Positions 52,027-64,000 of a stretch of DNA of 64,000 bases are shown here, piece after piece. The notes beneath the pieces are model-generated. The model worked only from the letters and a program-made list of their open reading frames with translations, did no database searches and was not told the DNA's origin. The position numbers were made by a program, and so were the translations under genes. This DNA is from Vicugna vicugna (Eukaryota), in the NCBI GenBank assembly GCA_013265495.1, contig MU057632.1, positions 232,054-296,053 of the forward strand, written 5' to 3'. The first letter of the stretch is position 1, and each line of letters opens with the position of its first letter.

Positions 52027-52825
52027 TTCATTCATTGATTTTACAATAACTATTTACTAAGTGCCAGCTATAAACCCAGCACTGTTCTGTGCTCTGGGAC
52101 TAGAGCCAGAATAAAGTAGACGGGTTCCCCATTCTCTTGGAGCTTGTGTTTCAGTGGAGAGGCAAATCATGCACAAGAAAGTCAATAAATGTATGAGAAT
52201 TTCTGATGCTGACATGCACAATGGAGAAAATAAAAAGAAGGCAATGGAACAAAGTGACTGGGGAGGCTATTTTAGATCAGATGGTTAGGGAAAATTTCTG
52301 TATGGAGGGGACATTCTAGTAGAGACTGAATGGAGAAGACAGTTCTAAGAAAAGCAGGGAGTGAAGGGCTTTCCATGTGGAGGCAGCAGCAGTGCAAAGG
52401 CCCTGTGGCAGAAACAAGTGTAGCATATTTGAGGGGTACGAAGCTCAGGCAGCTGGAAAGGAGTGAAGGGGAGGAAAAGTGGTGGAGGAATATGAAGAAA
52501 CACTCAGGGACAGGGCCATAAGGAACTAGAATTTTATTTTAAGGGCAAAAGGAAATCAAGAGGATTTTAAACAAAACAGAGAGCCATAATCTGATTCACA
52601 CTTTCAATCCAGGTTATTTGGCTGCTGTTTGGAGACTGGATTACAGGGTGCAGCCACGGAAACAGGATGAAACTTAGTGAGCTACTGCAATAACCCAGGC
52701 TGAAAAGACAGGGGCCTATCATGGTGGTACGGGAGGGGACAAGTAAGAGAATTAGAGAAAGTAGAATGGACAAGATTTGCTGCTGGACTGGATGTGGAAC
52801 AAGGAAAAGGGAAGAGTCAAGAATG
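52027..52825 (-). mobile_element. L2 (L2a-like) 3' portion
   Basis: ttcattcatt...tatttactaagtgcc...agcactgttc; cagtgcaaaggccctgtggcag; ggactggatgtgg...gaagagtcaagaatg. Confidence 0.85.
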
Positions 52826-52834
52826 TTTGTGGTC

Positions 52835-53003
52835 ACATGCACCCCAGTGTTTGCAGCAGTACTATTTACAATAGCCAAGACATGGAAACAACCTAAATGT
52901 CCATCAACAGATGACTGGATAAAGTTGTCACATATTTATACAACAGAATACTACTCAACCATAAAAAAGAATAAAATAATGTCACCTGCAGCAAGATGGT
53001 GGA
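52835..53003 (+). mobile_element. Young L1 internal fragment (ORF2 C-terminus), truncated at both ends
   Basis: Encodes TCTPVFAAVLFTIAKTWKQPKCPSTDDWIK, the L1 ORF2 C-terminal motif. Confidence 0.9.
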
Positions 53004-53074
53004 TGTATCATTTACTAACTATGTGATCATGGCATTTTATTTAGTTCCACTGAACTTCTTTTTGTAAAACGAGC

Positions 53075-53385
53075 TCATCACCATCATCACCAGCATCACC
53101 ATCAACATTACCATCACCATTATTATCCTCACCATTGTCTTGTCATTATCATCATCATCACCATCAGCATCCTTCTCCTCACCATTATCTTTGTCACCAC
53201 TATCATCATCTCGCCATCAGCATCCTCCTGCCCATTATCACTGTCATCATCACTACCAACACCATTATCATCATCACCATCATTATCTTCACCATTGTCT
53301 TATCATTATCATTATCATCACCAACATCAGCATCCTCCTCCTCCCCAGCATATCACTGTCATTATCACCACCATCATCATCATGC
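53075..53385. repeat. Degenerate (CAT/CAC)n trinucleotide low-complexity tract
   Basis: About 310 bp of catcaccatcatcaccattat-type units. Confidence 0.95.
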
Positions 53386-53409
53386 TGTATACAGGTTGCT
53401 ATAATGTAT

Positions 53410-53740
53410 TTAGGGCCTTTCTATTACTCTGCATGGAACACTCTGTCCCCAGAACTTTGCTCACTGCATGTTATTCAGTCTTCATTCCAAATGTCACCTC
53501 CTCAGAGAATCCCAGTCACTCAAACTAAAGAAGGACTCTCTGACACTTTATTCCTAAAACACCCAGTGTTATTCCTCATTGCATATCTGACTATTTGATA
53601 TTATCTTTTTAATAGGGGATGTTATACATTTATTTGTTTACTTATTTATTGTTTATATTTCCTCTTTCAAGAAAAAAAATTCTATGAGATCAGGCCCGTT
53701 GTCTAAAAATTAATGACTTATTTATAGTAACAATGAATGA
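53410..53740 (+). mobile_element. L2 3' fragment
   Basis: ctctgcatggaacactctgtccccaga...ccaaatgtcacctcctcagag...aatgaatga. Confidence 0.7.
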
Positions 53741-53901
53741 AAAAGGTAAACTGTAAAATCCTCTACAGTTGTTATTACTGGGAGGAGAAGTGTAGCCTCA
53801 ATGCAATCAGTTTAAAGAAAGAAATTATAACACAAAGGGAATGCAATTGAAATATTGATATATCTATTGTGTTTTGAAGCATGATTGTTGCACATTTATT
53901 T

Positions 53902-54156
53902 AATTTTTAATTGAATATAGTCAGTTTACAATGTTGTGTCAATTTCCAGTGTACAGAATAATGTTTAAGTCAGGCATGTACGTACATATATTCATTTTCA
54001 TATTCTTTTTCAGGTTACTGTAAGATTGAATATAGTTCCCTGTGCTATATAGTAAAAACTTGTTGCTTATCTGTTTTTATATATATTAGTATCTGCAAAT
54101 TTTGAACTCCCAGTTTATCCCTTCCCATTCCCTTTTCCCCCTGGTAATCGTAAGTT
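53902..54156 (-). mobile_element. Young L1 3' end
   Basis: Family match; imperfect TSD ttgttgcacatttattt (53885-53901) / ttgttatatatttattt (54157-54173). Confidence 0.9.
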
Positions 54157-55514
54157 TTGTTATATATTTATTTTTGAAAACTCTCAACACTTAACAGTTA
54201 TGGAGTAGAAGACAGGTACTGTCAACCGATCAGACCTAATTTGAAATGATCAAGTAGAATGACTTGTGACAGAAGACAGAAGATCGTCAATTGGCACCCA
54301 CAGCAGAGACTGAGCTCACGTAATGTGGTCGGAGACAAGGAAGGTACAGATCTCCAGAAGGATGCTCCAAACTGGGGTGCTTATCCTGGACATATCATGG
54401 ACCAAAAGCCAAGGCATCATCCTTCAGCAGATGATAGAAAGTAACTTGATGAAGAGATGAAACATTCTGGCCAGGAAAGTTTACTCTCATAGCTTCCTTT
54501 GAATTAAGACTTTTACCTTAAATTATTAAAATTCTTAACACAGTAAATTCTGTTCAGAAGTGTTTCCAATCTGAGCATCTGAAGGTGGTTTTCATTTAAC
54601 ACACTCCAAAATATATTGGCTAAATATACACACACATACACACATATATAAAAAGGTTTATAAAAATTCAGATTTTTTTTCCCTTCTTGCTGCTTTATTG
54701 AGGACTGTTACTCAAGAATGGCCCTGCATTTGTTTTTTTCATGCTCAAATCTGTTTTAAAGCAATATAATTAATTTGTTTCACATAAGTCATAGTCAATT
54801 GACAGACTTTCATTCTTAGTTAAGAAAAACAGTGTTATACTGTAGTAGTTCATGAGAATTTTTTTCATATTTTAAAAATGTTTATTTACTGTGTGAGAGG
54901 AATGTGGTACTTAAATAGAATTAAAAATAAAGCAGATCAGAAAAAAGGCAAATTTTTAAAAACAAATAATCTTTTAAGATGCATAAAAGATTGAAAAATT
55001 ATCCCATGTACATCACAAATACACGTATGTCAAAAAGGCATGAATGTTCACTTCAGTAAAAATACCATTCTGATCAATTTACTTTCAGCTGGACTAGTTC
55101 ATGAGAATTTTCAAAAAACACTTCCAGCTATTTTAAAAAGCAGTTTTAGTGTAAAGTACAAAAAAAAGCCGCAACAAATAAATCATACAGGAAATGGATT
55201 CTTTGAAGTAATAATAATTTAAAAAGCAAAATTATAAAAATGCTCTTAAATTTTATACCACATCTAGTTTATATTTAATGCAGGACAAGAGATGCATTTT
55301 AAGCTATTTGATACAATGCAGGAATGGGGCATCTGAAAGCGATCATTCCTAGGGCCGTGGGGGTCTTAAGATGACAGGCAATCATGAAGCTAGATATGAA
55401 AGTGAGTTTTAAACGACAAACTCTGGGAGTTGGTAGAGAAAGAATAGCAGATTTCTCTCACTCTCTCTAAAGTTTGTTTTTAAAATGAGAACTATGTAAG
55501 CATCTATTATAATT

Positions 55515-56810
55515 TTAAATTTAGGTTTTAAAAAAATCAAAGTGATACATGCATACAAGTGAGAGAGTCACATAGTCTCCTGCTCCCAAACCAACTGCTT
55601 TCCCATCTGATTTAAAAAAATCTAAATAAGATGTCTCTTGGCTGCTTCTTAATTTTTCAGACATTGTCTATTGACTTCCTTTAGGAGGATGGGATGAAGC
55701 TCTTTCTCCTCATTTCCCTGCACCCACACCACACACACACATTATATCCTCACCACACACACATACACACACACACACTGACCATACATACATTCTCACT
55801 ACACACACATACTCACACACCCTCACCCCCTACACCCTCACCACACACTATACTCTCACCACACATACTCACACACCCTCACCACAAACACTCACCACAC
55901 ACTCACACACCATCCCCCCCCACACTATACCCTCACCACACACACATACACACATACACTGACCATACACACACTCGCACTACACACACAACATACTCAC
56001 ACACCCTCACCCCCTACACCCTCACCACACACACACACTCACACACTCTCACACAATTTCACATGCCCAGTAGAGCCGGTACATATTTTGGTAGACTCCC
56101 TGTTCCGTGTTTCTATCAAGACCCCACAGTCCCTTCCTCAGGGAGGAGCTCTGGGGGCCTGTGGGGGCCTTCTCAGGGGGAGCTGGACCCCAGCCCTCAT
56201 GTCTATGGGCCAGGTCGTTGTTCTTAGGTTTATGACAATTTCCCAGAGAAGGCATTTTCAGGGCCTGGGGACTGTAATCCTCCTGGTCACTGTTCTGGGG
56301 TCACAGCGTGTTCCCCTTACCCTCCTTGCCTGTTCTCAGGATGGCCACCCTGGGACCACAGTCTGGATGCTCCTTGTGCCTCCTCTCCAGTTTTCATCAG
56401 GGTGTGGGCGGGTGAACCAGCTGGTTGTGTGGAGTTGGGGGAATCCGGAGTCTACCTGCCTCTAACAAACTTACAAGCAGCCTTTTGTTTTAGTACCTTC
56501 ACTTCCATCCGAGAAGTGCCTGATGTCAGAGTCTGAGCCTTTTGTCTGCAATAGAAATCATGTTGCTTCCTGGCTGTCTCTGCTACTGATTTAGGATTTA
56601 ACTTTTCAGGATTTAACTTTCTCGGTTCTGCTAAGTCAGTTACTACTTGTCCATATGCTTTCCAGCATTTTTTGTGTTCTTTCTTTTATTTCCTGTGTCC
56701 TAGTGAGTTGGGCTCTTTAAAAAACCTCTTTAGACTCATTTTATTGGGACTTCAGAAAGGGATCAGAGGCAAATGCATGCATTCCATCCACCATCCTTAG
56801 CCAGACATCC
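55515..56810 (-). mobile_element. HAL1 (half-L1) remnant: 5' and 3' ends present, most of ORF missing
   Basis: Minus strand 5' end ...aggatggtggatggaatgc...gctggaaagcatatggacaagtagtaactgacttagcagaacc; 3' part aggaagtcaatagacaatgtctgaaaaatt and catgtatcactttgat, as in recalled HAL1 consensus. Confidence 0.7.
55720..56055. repeat. CA-rich compound minisatellite with internal block duplication
   Basis: Block cctcaccacacacacatac...ctgaccatac...ctcacacaccctcacccc(c)tacaccctcaccacacac occurs twice (about 55737-55848 and 55921-56032). Confidence 0.92.
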
Positions 56811-57137
56811 TGAAACTTGATTCTTAACAAAGGTGATTTAAACAGCATTTAAGAAAAGTATCAGTTTTTATATGAGATATTCTAGTCATAGGGTGTTATC
56901 ACACTTTTGAGCCAACATGATACAGATTGAGGGGAACAAATTGATGTAATAAAAAAGTAAACTTTTGTTTTAATAAAAGATGAGTTCTGTTATTTAAGAA
57001 AGTCATTTGTCTATATGAACTATCTCTCTAAACACAAACTTTCAGCTAAAAGTGGGCCCTAAAGAACGGTAGGCATGACACAGTTTGTATATTTCTGTAT
57101 AAGGACCAGGCGTATGTCTGTTTGAAAAGTACAGATC

Positions 57138-57808
57138 TTTGGGGTGCAGGTATCTTTTTCAATTTAGAGTTTCCTCTAGCTATATGCCCAAGATTGGGAT
57201 TGCTGGATCCTATGGGAAGTCTATTTTTAGTTTTCTAAGGAATCTCCATACTGTTTTCCATAATGGCTCTATCAAATTACATTCCCACCAACAGTGTAGG
57301 AGGGTTCCCTTTCCTCCACACCCTCTCCAGTACTATTTACAGTAGCCAAGACACAGAAGCAACATAAATGTCCATCAACAGATGACTGGATAAAAAAGAT
57401 GTGGTATATATACAATGGCATACTACTCAGCCATAAAAAGGAATGAAATAATGCCATTTGCAGCAACATGGATGGACCTAGAGATTATGATACTAAGTGA
57501 AATCAGACAGAGGAAGACAAATTCTATGTGATATCACTTATATGTGGGCTCTAACATATGACACAAACTGATTTGCAAAACAGAAACAGACTCACAGATA
57601 CAGCAAACAAGCTTATGGTCACCAGTGGGGAAAATGGGGGAGAGGGATAAATTAGGAGTTTGGGATTAACAGATACACACTACTGTATATAAAATAGATA
57701 AACAACAAGGACCTACTGTATAACACAGGGAACTATACTCATATTTTGTAATAACCAATAATGAAAAAGATTATGAAAGAGGATGTATACATATATGTGT
57801 GTGTGTAA
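57138..57808 (+). mobile_element. 5'-inverted young L1 (57139-57330 antisense, 57331-57808 sense)
   Basis: Orientation switch at ...ccctctccag|tactatttacag...; TSD aaaagtacagatc (57125-57137) / aaaattacaggtc (57809-57821). Confidence 0.92.
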
Positions 57809-59284
57809 AAAATTACAGGTCAATTTTGCCACAATAAATGTAAACCACAGTCAGTGATGACCCCGCTAACTACAGAGAGCAAAAATAGCAAACAAAAATA
57901 AAGATTCACCACTCTACGATGTAAGTGTGGCTAAACAGTGATTAAAATTGGAGTAACACAACCATCACTTCCCACTTGTCTTTTCTAAGGTATTGAGACA
58001 CAGGGCAGCTTGCAATAACACATTTAATTTAAACAAGCAAACCAATGGTTTACTCATGAATTGCCTTCAATCACTTCCACAGCTGGTATGAACATTTGTT
58101 AAGTTACAAATGAACAGAAGCCAAAGTATGTTACAGTAATTAACTTATGAGAGTAATTAATGGAAGCAACATATGAAGGAACATTATCATGTAGTAGTAC
58201 ATATGGTTAATTAGAGTTCAACATAAATTAGATCTATTTAACCTTATTTCAAAGACCCCTGGCATACGGCTTTTGTAAAATGTCCATATGTCTTAACTAG
58301 GTGATTAACTGAATTTTAGTACTGACCTAAAAAAATTAGCCAAATCGTCATGATTTATTACTTAGCTAACAGCAAACATGGCTCAAAGGCTCTATTTGTT
58401 TTCATGGTGATCCAGAAAGTCAAGAGTGGATAGAACACATAAAAGCCAAATCAAGGGATCAGTCTTTCTGGAAATAACAGATATATTTTCTATTTAAAGA
58501 AAACCTTCCCTTTGTAAATTGTAAGGTTATAAAATATACCGTAATTGCTTCTCTCAGATGGACTTGAATTGCTTTAAATAGTTTGATGTCATTTATTTAC
58601 TTTATTTAGAAGAGTCCACCAATAAATAATACTTTAATGGCAATTGTGTGTTATGCTAGTCTGCATGAAGAACCCTGTTAAGTCTGTAATACTTAGGCAC
58701 AAATTGTTTTCTTATTAGCTACACATCTTTGCAGAGATGATTTAAGATAGCTTATAAATATGGCCACTTACCTAACGAGATCAGCCAGAATAAGAAAATC
58801 AAATGTAAGAAAAGGAGAGCACAAATAGTTACTAGTTGCTCTGTGTATCATGTTTTATCTTAAACTTCCTAACATTCAAGGCAAAAAAAACAACCTTTCA
58901 TTTGAGTCACTGAAACGTGCTTTCATCTCTCCTCTCTTCATCCCCATCAATGCAGCATTTGACCAATGACCGCCCTCAACTCAATCCTATAAACACAGGC
59001 AGGATCTGAGTTTCAGCACCACCTCTTACAAGTCAAACTTCTCAATTTGTTGGGAGGTTAAAGGACTTGCTTATGGCTTTACCACTAGTTAAATAGCCTC
59101 AGTTATGATCAGCATATATGAAGTTAGGGTTTTAAAATATCACCTACGTAACTGGCTAATTAAACACTCAATGATCCTCCTAAACTCAGTTACCTGTGAT
59201 CTTCCTATAGCCCGATGTCTATTGTTGAGGACTGAGAGCTGGTCTTAGGAGGCTCTGTGAACCTTGGGTGTAACAACCACACCT

Positions 59285-59362
59285 AATTTATCTGTACATC
59301 TCCAACACTTAGTGAAAGTGTCTGGCACAGAATGTTTGATAAATGTCAGTTGATTGAGTAAG
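59285..59362 (+). mobile_element. L2 3' tip
   Basis: aacacttagtgaaagtgtctggcacagaatgtttgataaatgtcagttgattgagt. Confidence 0.55.
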
Positions 59363-61754
59363 AAATTAACTGATGAAAAATGAAAAGCTCGCAGGCAACT
59401 GGAGAGTAGGGAACCACGTTGGGGGTATCACCAATTCATCCTAATGTCCAGTTTCCACTGCAATTAGACTGAGAGTAACTTTTCCTCACAGATACACGTA
59501 TAGACGTGCATTTCGGTTAACTCTTTATCTCGATCTGCATTATCTATCTATCTGGGAATTTCTTTTTCCCAAATCAGGGCTTATCTGAAAATAAGATGAA
59601 GACTTCTCATGCTACCACAGCTCTCAAAACACTGGGAATGTTTACATTCCATGTGCAAAAAATACAGAGAATGTTTCCATTCTCTGATATTAAAATTAAT
59701 TTAAGTGGATTTTCTTCAGAATTTTATGGAATGAGAAGGTTAAAGGGTAACAGAAAATCATTTAACACTAAGATTCTTTTTATGGAGAAAAAAATTAATA
59801 TAAATATGAGCTACAGAACAATCATGGGGATTAACATGTTTGAGGAGCACAGCGGGACTTGGTCCCGGCATATCTGACACATATTAAAAGTACAGAATTC
59901 TGGGCTGTAAAAGATTTAGCATTTCCACATGGCTAATAAAGAACCACTAAGTACTACTGAAACGACTATAAAATTTCCCGCCGTGAGACCCAAGTTAGGC
60001 AGTTTCATAGAATTTAATTCCTTGTGTCAATGTTTTCTGAGGCTTAGATTTTTATTTTTAAATGAAGCCTCTGCATCTGGACTCTATCTCAGCATTTACA
60101 GAGTAGTAAAAAATGATCTATTGAACTTAAAAAATAAGAAGTGACTATGGGAATGAGAGACTTGTTGGAGCACATCATTTGTCCCGACATGTTTTCAATA
60201 AAAATACTTGTCTTCTATTTCCCTAGAAAATGCTAAATGAAGAGGATTTTGAATTTTCACAATCAGAGGTGTCTCCCCTTTCCAAAGACTTGAAGGGAAA
60301 ACTCTAAGGAACAGTAGGGCTGTTGACACTTCTGAGCTATTTCTCATTGTCTTTTTAATATAATTTGGGGCTTAGGGAGTCATTAGGTACCACTGCTTAC
60401 AAAACTACCTACATGAGAAGAAGTAATAATTGTAATTAAAAATATGCTAACTTCTAGAAACATAAATACAGCGCCAGAGAGAAAGAAGTGGGAAGAAACG
60501 TTGTCTCGGCCGGCAGACACTGTGGACAGATGTTTCCCATAAACCGTGTAAGCACATTAGTTTCAAATACGGTGTAGCTTTTCATGAGCTGATCATTTCT
60601 GGCAGAAGGAAGAGTAATGAATCTTTTTCTGTCCAGCTCTGTGTCCCAAACCCATATAATTTGGTGGGGCAGAGCTGTGTATGCCGGCAGTTAATGGAAT
60701 GAATGAAGGTGGACCCTGACTGCAAGGGTGAGCGAGCAAACACTTGATCTGTGTTGTGTGGTCCATGTCCTCTCCTGACTGCAGGGGACCCTGCCTGGAT
60801 CCTTTACTGACTTCATAGCTCCAATATTAATTCCTGCTCAGAAACAATGGCTAATTCTGCTGTATCATTTTGGAAAAACCTGTCATGTATCTCAGCTAAC
60901 TTGGAAGTTGTTTTGAAAATGACTGGTAAGTCTCAGATGAGCATGTAATAATTAGAAGATGAAGGATGAGAAAAAAGTAAAATATGAACTTTAGAAAAAG
61001 GAACTGAAACAGAAAACTGTATAAATGCCTCCCAAGTCGAATGTTACGATGTTACCCCTGAAGTATTAAAAATTGTCATAATTTAGTAAACTGTGATTGA
61101 ATTATTTTAGTACTTTTTCCTAACTCATTGTGACCTGAAAAGGAACCATTGTGTTCAAAATCATCCCCAAAGACAAAAACTGTGTTTATAGGTCTCTTTG
61201 ATTTAAAGATCGTATAAAGAAGTAGAGTAGCATACACCAGGCAACTGAAGGACATAGAAAATGATGCTCTTTTATCAAGTAATCCACTAATTTGTATGCA
61301 GCAAATTGACAGCATTTGCTGCATGCTTACTTTCCTTAGGAAGTTTACACATTAAAGGTGGCCACCAACATAAAGTCAGTCCTAGTACAGAGCTGGGGCT
61401 GGTACCTCTGATATCTTTTGAGTCAATCACCAAACCATTGCCACTGCTGAGTCAGCTGTAAGCAGATGGATTTTTCTGACATTGTTCCCTGCAAACTCCC
61501 CCTGCCCTCACCCCTTCTGGAGGAAGATCCCTTGACAGTATTGAGAGTTTCAAGCAAAGGTAGCCTTACATCTTAGATTTTTCTTTACATTCTTAACTGA
61601 CAAAGTTACTACACATATCAGGGTCACACAGCTAACCTGGGTTTGGGTTTGATGTATTTAGTGAGTTATGAATGACTGATGCCCAGTTTGGATTTGGCCC
61701 ATTGGGAAATTTACTATAAAAATATTCAAGTCGAGGCTCTCCAGGATGAAAGAT

Positions 61755-62005
61755 TAGCTATCAAATTTTGAGTACTTATCAATAAGTACTTACTGACTAT
61801 TTATTAAGAATATAACATGGTTTAGCTCATGTAATTCTTAGTACAACTCAGCGAAATCGATTGTTGTATCTTTCCCATTTTACATGTGAAGAGATTGAAG
61901 CTCAAAGAGATTCTCACGGTCCAGTGGGTCGTCTGTTCAGTAAACTGCAGAGCCAGGACTCAAACCCCTGATACCCCTAGCTCCACTGTCTTGCTCTTTG
62001 CCACT
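61755..62005 (-). mobile_element. MIR
   Basis: cccattttacatgtgaagagattgaagctcaaagag...gcagagccaggactcaaaccc. Confidence 0.8.
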
Positions 62006-62621
62006 CACTGCACACTTGGGGTCTCCAGAAATGTGCCTCGTCCCCTATTTCTGGCTCATCTTCCAAGCTTCCCTGAACTTAACATACTCCTGAGCCCAAT
62101 CAATGCTCACACCATTTTCTAAACTTGCCACGCATGCGTCTTTGCTCCCGTGTTTGACCACCGGTTAAAGAAGAGGGTTGGTCTGTCCAAACATTAGTGT
62201 GTAGCAAAACCACTCTAGTTTGAAAAAACATCAGACTAGATATAAACTTAAAAGAGGATTGGCTAAGATTTAGCAAGAAAAATATTTCTAAAAGACAGAC
62301 TGGAACTGGGTGAGGGATTAGAACCAGTTAACATCGTTCTGAACACAAATGTCAAATGCAGGAAAAGAAAAGAGGGTTGGGCGTTTCCTTTACTGAAATG
62401 AATGCAGGAAAAAATTATAGGTGAGGGTGTCCAGATGCTGAAATAACACCCAAGGGAAGAAGTGTTCAGGAAGTAGCTCCAAGGACCACCTGATTAACAA
62501 GAGAGCAAGTTAAGGGAGAGGGGTACAAATGACCTGCACGAGGTCACAGTTTGTCTGCGGTGTGAACTCCCACACCTGGTGTAGATGCACTACTATATTT
62601 AAAGGGATCAAACTCTCTTTT

Positions 62622-63079
62622 TAAAAAAAAAATTTAAAAATTTAATTCTCTTCCTCTTTTTTTTTTTTTTGGTAGGGGGAGATAATTAGGTTTATTTATT
62701 TATTTACTTAAAAAAAAACACCTTTATTGTGGTATGGTTCCTGTACAGTAAATGACACATATTTCAGGTATACAATTTAATGAATTTTGATAGATTTATA
62801 CACCAATGAAACCATCACCACAATCAAGATAGCTAACATTTCCATTACTCCCCAAGAGGTAAAGCTTTGGAATTCCCAATTTATCACTTCCCATCCCCTT
62901 TACCCCCTGGTAACCATAAGTGTTTTCTCTATGTCTGTGAGTCTGTTTCTGTTTTGTAGATAAGTTCATTTGTGTCCTTTTGTGTCCTATTAATTTACTT
63001 TTGATGGAGGTACTGGGGATTGAACCCAGGACCTTGTGCATACTAAGCATGTGTTCTACCACTAAGCTATACTCTTCCC
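62622..63079 (-). mobile_element. Vic-1-type SINE interrupted by a 278-bp chimeric L1 insert (62710-62987)
   Basis: Outer TSD tcaaactctctttt (62608-62621, 63080-63093); inner TSD tatttatttactt (62697-62709) / tattaatttactt (62988-63000). Confidence 0.88.
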
Positions 63080-63529
63080 TCAAACTCTCTTTTGATTACC
63101 CAGTGAAGAAGACGACACAGGTCATGATATAGGCAGACAGGTGGACTGGGAGGTGATGAGGGAGGAGGTGGCAGGGGAGGAGATGAAGGCGTTGATGCTA
63201 CAAGACAGCTTCAGTGTACAGCTGAGGCTTGGTCAGGATTGTGATGGACGTTCCCTGTGCTGTGGGCTCTGAGCCTCCTGGTAACGGGTACCCTACACCC
63301 AACATCTACCTGCTGGAAATGTCTAGAGCTCACACACAACACAGCTGTCGTGGGCATGGGAAGACTCATACAAACTGCATGGCTGATCTACAGCCACACG
63401 CAGGTCCCCTTCAATACTGACTGATGCTTTTTCTCAAATTCCAGCCCATCCAGGACACTTTGCTCAAATCTAGGCATCTAACTGCCTAAAGTTATATTTT
63501 CACTTTCTGATTTTTTTTTCTGAGAAGGA

Positions 63530-63780
63530 GTCCAGCAGAGTAACTAAGAGCACAGACTGAGTCAGAGACCCTGGTTGGAATCCTGGTTCCAACATTTATC
63601 AGCTGCTTGATCTGGGGAACTTCACTTCTCCGATTCCCTCTTTCCTCCCCGATAAAATGGGAAAGGTATCTACCTCACAGGTTTGTTGTAAGAATAAAAT
63701 GAGCAAACCACCAAAAAGCATGTAGAAAAGCAGCTGGTAAACGCAACCACTCAACACATGCTAGTGATGATGATGATGAC
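63530..63780 (+). mobile_element. MIR, near full length
   Basis: taagagcacagactgagtcagagaccctggttggaatcctggttcc...taaaatggg...tacctcacaggtttgttgtaagaataaaatgag. Confidence 0.85.
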
Positions 63781-64000
63781 TTATGTCACCATAAATTGTT
63801 AATTTATCAAAGATTATGATGTAACAAATTACATGATAATATTGCAAACTAACAGTGGGTTGTAATAGCTATATTTTGAGGTTCCTGTCTCACTCATAAC
63901 CTCTCTTTAAGAGCTGCCTGGGTCTTTACAGCCTGCTGCATGGGCAGGTCTATATGACCCTAGAGGACTTTGTGCCTGTCCTCTCTTCCCCTGCAAGATC

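Noticed and set aside
53135..53598. His-, Ser- and Ile-rich ORFs
   Set aside because: Translation artefacts of a stop-poor (CAT/CAC)n tract running into L2.
55694..56227. 177-aa His/Thr/Pro-rich ORF
   Set aside because: Produced by the CA-rich minisatellite.

Overview
AT-rich mammalian non-coding DNA, intergenic or deep intronic. I can support no protein-coding gene, genuine tRNA/rRNA gene or CRISPR array. The listed ORFs are repeat-derived, low-complexity or chance. Eleven tRNA-Ala(AGC)-derived SINEs of the Vic-1 type and about 20 fragments of one young L1 3'-end family point to a camelid genome (camel, alpaca or llama; inferred from repeat content). Older eutherian repeats are also present: L1M/L1MA, HAL1, L2, MIR, MLT2 and MER34-type solo LTRs, MER58A, MER82 and MER5A. 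The most interesting signal comes from reading target-site duplications (TSDs). Several young L1 3' ends appear to have carried ancient L1M DNA with them: 36940-37665 (perfect 18-bp TSD), 9580-10214, an old L1M end inside a young SINE at 62608-63093, and a predicted case at the window start. There is also a probable SINE-L1 chimera, a textbook twin-primed 5'-inverted L1, and a recurrent early L1 3' end. These are known mechanisms seen at notable local density; I found no new gene system. Repeat names come from recalled consensus sequences and boundaries are approximate unless TSDs are given.
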